From Eledone cirrhosa (Eukaryota), in assembly GCA_964016885.1 (NCBI GenBank), contig OZ024759.1, positions 36,456,001 through 36,520,000 on the forward strand: a stretch of 64,000 nucleotides of DNA. Reading direction: 5' to 3'. Position 1 is the first letter of the stretch; each line of letters begins with the position of its first letter. The notes below the pieces were generated by a model that was not told the DNA's origin, did not search any database, and was given only the letters and a program-made list of their open reading frames with translations. The position numbers were made by a program, and so were the translations under genes. Below are positions 61,877-64,000 of the stretch, piece by piece.

Positions 61877-64000
61877 AACGTTATCACCTCTTCCTTCCTC
61901 AGTCGACGTTATCACCCCTTCCTTTCTTCCCCAGTCGACGTTATCACCCCTTCCTTTCCCAGTCGACGTTATCACCCCTTCCTTCCTTCCTAAGTCGACG
62001 TTATCACCTCTTCCTTCCTTCCTCAGTCGACGTTATCACCCCTTCCTTCCTCAGTCGACGTTATCACCCCTTCCTTCCTTCCTCAGTTGACGTTATCACC
62101 CCTTCCTTCCTCAGTCGACGTTATCACCCCTTCCTTCCTTTCTCAGTCGTCGTTATCACCCCTTCCTTCCTTCCTCAGTTGACGTTATCACCCCTTCCTT
62201 CCTTCCTCAGTTGACGTTATCACCCCTTCCTTCCTTCCTCAGTTGACGTTATCACCTCTTCCTTCCTAAGTTGACGTTATCACCCCTTCCTTCCTCAGTC
62301 GATTTATCACCCCTTCCTTCCTCAGTCGACGTTATCACCCCTTCCTTCCTTCCTCAGTTGACGTTATCACCTCTTCCTTCCTTCCTAAGTTGACGTTATC
62401 ACCCCTTCCTTCCTTCCTCCCTCAGTTGACGTTATCACCCCTTCCTTCCTAAGTTGACGTTATCACCCCTTCCTTCCTAAGTCGACGTTATCACCCCTTC
62501 CTTCCTCAGTCGACGTTATCGCCCCTTTCTTCCTCAGTCGACGTTATCGCCCCTTCCTTCCTAAGTCGACGTTATCACCCCTTCCTTCCTCAGTCGACGT
62601 TATCATCCCTTCCTTCCTCAGTCGACGTTATCACGCCTTCCTCCTTCCGAAGTCGACGTTATCACCCCTTCCTTCCTTCCTAAGTTAACGTTATCACCCC
62701 TTCCTTCCTAAGTCGACGTTATCACCCCTTCCTTCCTCAGTCGACGTTATCGCCCCTTCCTTCCTTCCTAAGTCGACGTTATCACCCCTTCCTTCCTAAG
62801 TTGACGTTATCACCCCTTCCTTCCTCAGTCGACGTTATCACCCCTTCCTTCCTCACTCGACGTTATCGCCCCTTCCTTCCTTCCTAAGTCGACGTTATCA
62901 CCCCTTCCTTCCTAAGTTGACGTTATCACCCCTTCCTTCCTCAGTCGACGTTATCACCCCTTCCTTCCTAAGTTGACGTTATCACCCCTTCCTTCCTAAG
63001 TCGACGTTATCGCCCCTTCCTTCCTTCCTAAGTCGACTTTATCACCCCTTCCTTCCTCAGTCGACGTTATCGCCCCTTCCTAAGTCGACGTTATGACCCC
63101 TTCCTTTCTCAGTCGACGTTATCACCCCTTCCTTCCTTCCTAAGTCGACGTTATCACCCTGTCCTTCCTAAGTCGACGTTATCACCCCGTCCTTCCTCAG
63201 TCGACGTTATCACCCCTTCCTTCCTAAGTCGACGTTATCACCCTGTCCTTCCTCAGTCGACGTTATCACCCCTTCCTTCCTAAGTCGATTTTATCACCCC
63301 GTCCTTCCTCAGTCGACGTTATCGCCCCTTCCTTCCTCAGTCGACGTTATCGCCCCTTCCTTCCTAAGTCGACGTTATCGCCCCTTCCTTCCTTCCTAAG
63401 TTGACGTTATCACCCCTTCCTTCCTTCCTAAGTCGACTTTATCACCCCTTCCTTCCTAAGTCGACGTTATCGCCCCTTCCTTCCTTCCTAAGTTGACGTT
63501 ATCACCCCTTCCTTCCTTCCTAAGTCGACTTTATCACCCCTTCCTTCCTCAGTCGACGTTATCGCCCCTTCCTGCCTAAGTCGACGTTATGACCCCTTCC
63601 TTTCTCAGTCGACGTTATCACCCCTTCCTTCCTTCCTAAGTCGACGTTATCACCCTGTCCTTCCTAAGTCGACGTTATCACCCCGTCCTTCCTCAGTCGA
63701 CGTTATCACCCCTTCCTTCCTAAGTCGACGTTATCACCCTGTCCTTCCTCAGTCGACGTTATCACCCCTTCCTTCCTAAGTCGATTTTATCACCCCGTCC
63801 TTCCTCAGTCGACGTTATCGCCCCTTCCTTCCTCAGTCGACGTTATCGCCCCTTCCTTCCTAAGTCGACGTTATCGCCCCTTCCTTCCTTCCTAAGTTGA
63901 CGTTATCACCCCTTCCTTCCTTCCTAAGTCGACTTTATCACCCCTTCCTTCCTAAGTCGACGTTATCGCCCCTTCCTTCCTTCCTAAGTTGACGTTATCA
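61877..64000. repeat. Minisatellite, 25/29-bp unit GTCGACGTTATCACCCCTTCCTTCCT(C/A)A, >2.1 kb, running off the window end
   Basis: Head-to-tail units differ mainly by the number of CTTC tetramers; no unique spacers. Confidence 0.95.

Noticed and set aside
61877-64000. Possible CRISPR array (regular ~25-29-bp repeat with palindromic GTCGAC)
   Set aside because: No unique spacers, no cas genes, eukaryotic context; it is a minisatellite.

Overview
Eukaryotic, AT-rich, microsatellite-laden animal DNA. The repeat complement suggests an octopod cephalopod (inference, not proven). Four protein-coding genes could be reconstructed by hand from splice sites. (1) The last two exons of PRDM12 (+, 995-2010). 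(2) An 8-exon, 424-aa tandem-DED caspase-8/10-like gene with an unusual QACQM active-site motif (-, 3026-12242). (3) An intronless 1512-aa condensin II subunit NCAPD3 (-, 22258-26796). (4) A multi-exon inositol-trisphosphate 3-kinase (-, 36680 to at least 43169). The rest is SINEs, RTE/CR1 LINE fragments, MITE-like elements, a Penelope-like retroelement, (TA)n-type microsatellites and a terminal minisatellite. The main unexpected signal is a dense set of about 15 type I hammerhead-ribozyme motifs, intact or degenerate, from roughly ten different sequence families. They sit in small elements inserted at (TA)n tracts and often form fold-back palindromes. Many have a mismatched stem II closing pair (U-U, C-A, A-G). 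They include a ~176-bp tandem retrozyme-like unit, one sense-strand motif downstream of the Penelope ORF, and one sense-strand motif just upstream of the first coding exon of the caspase. All folds were derived by eye and none is tested. The many long IYIY-type ORFs are microsatellite artefacts.
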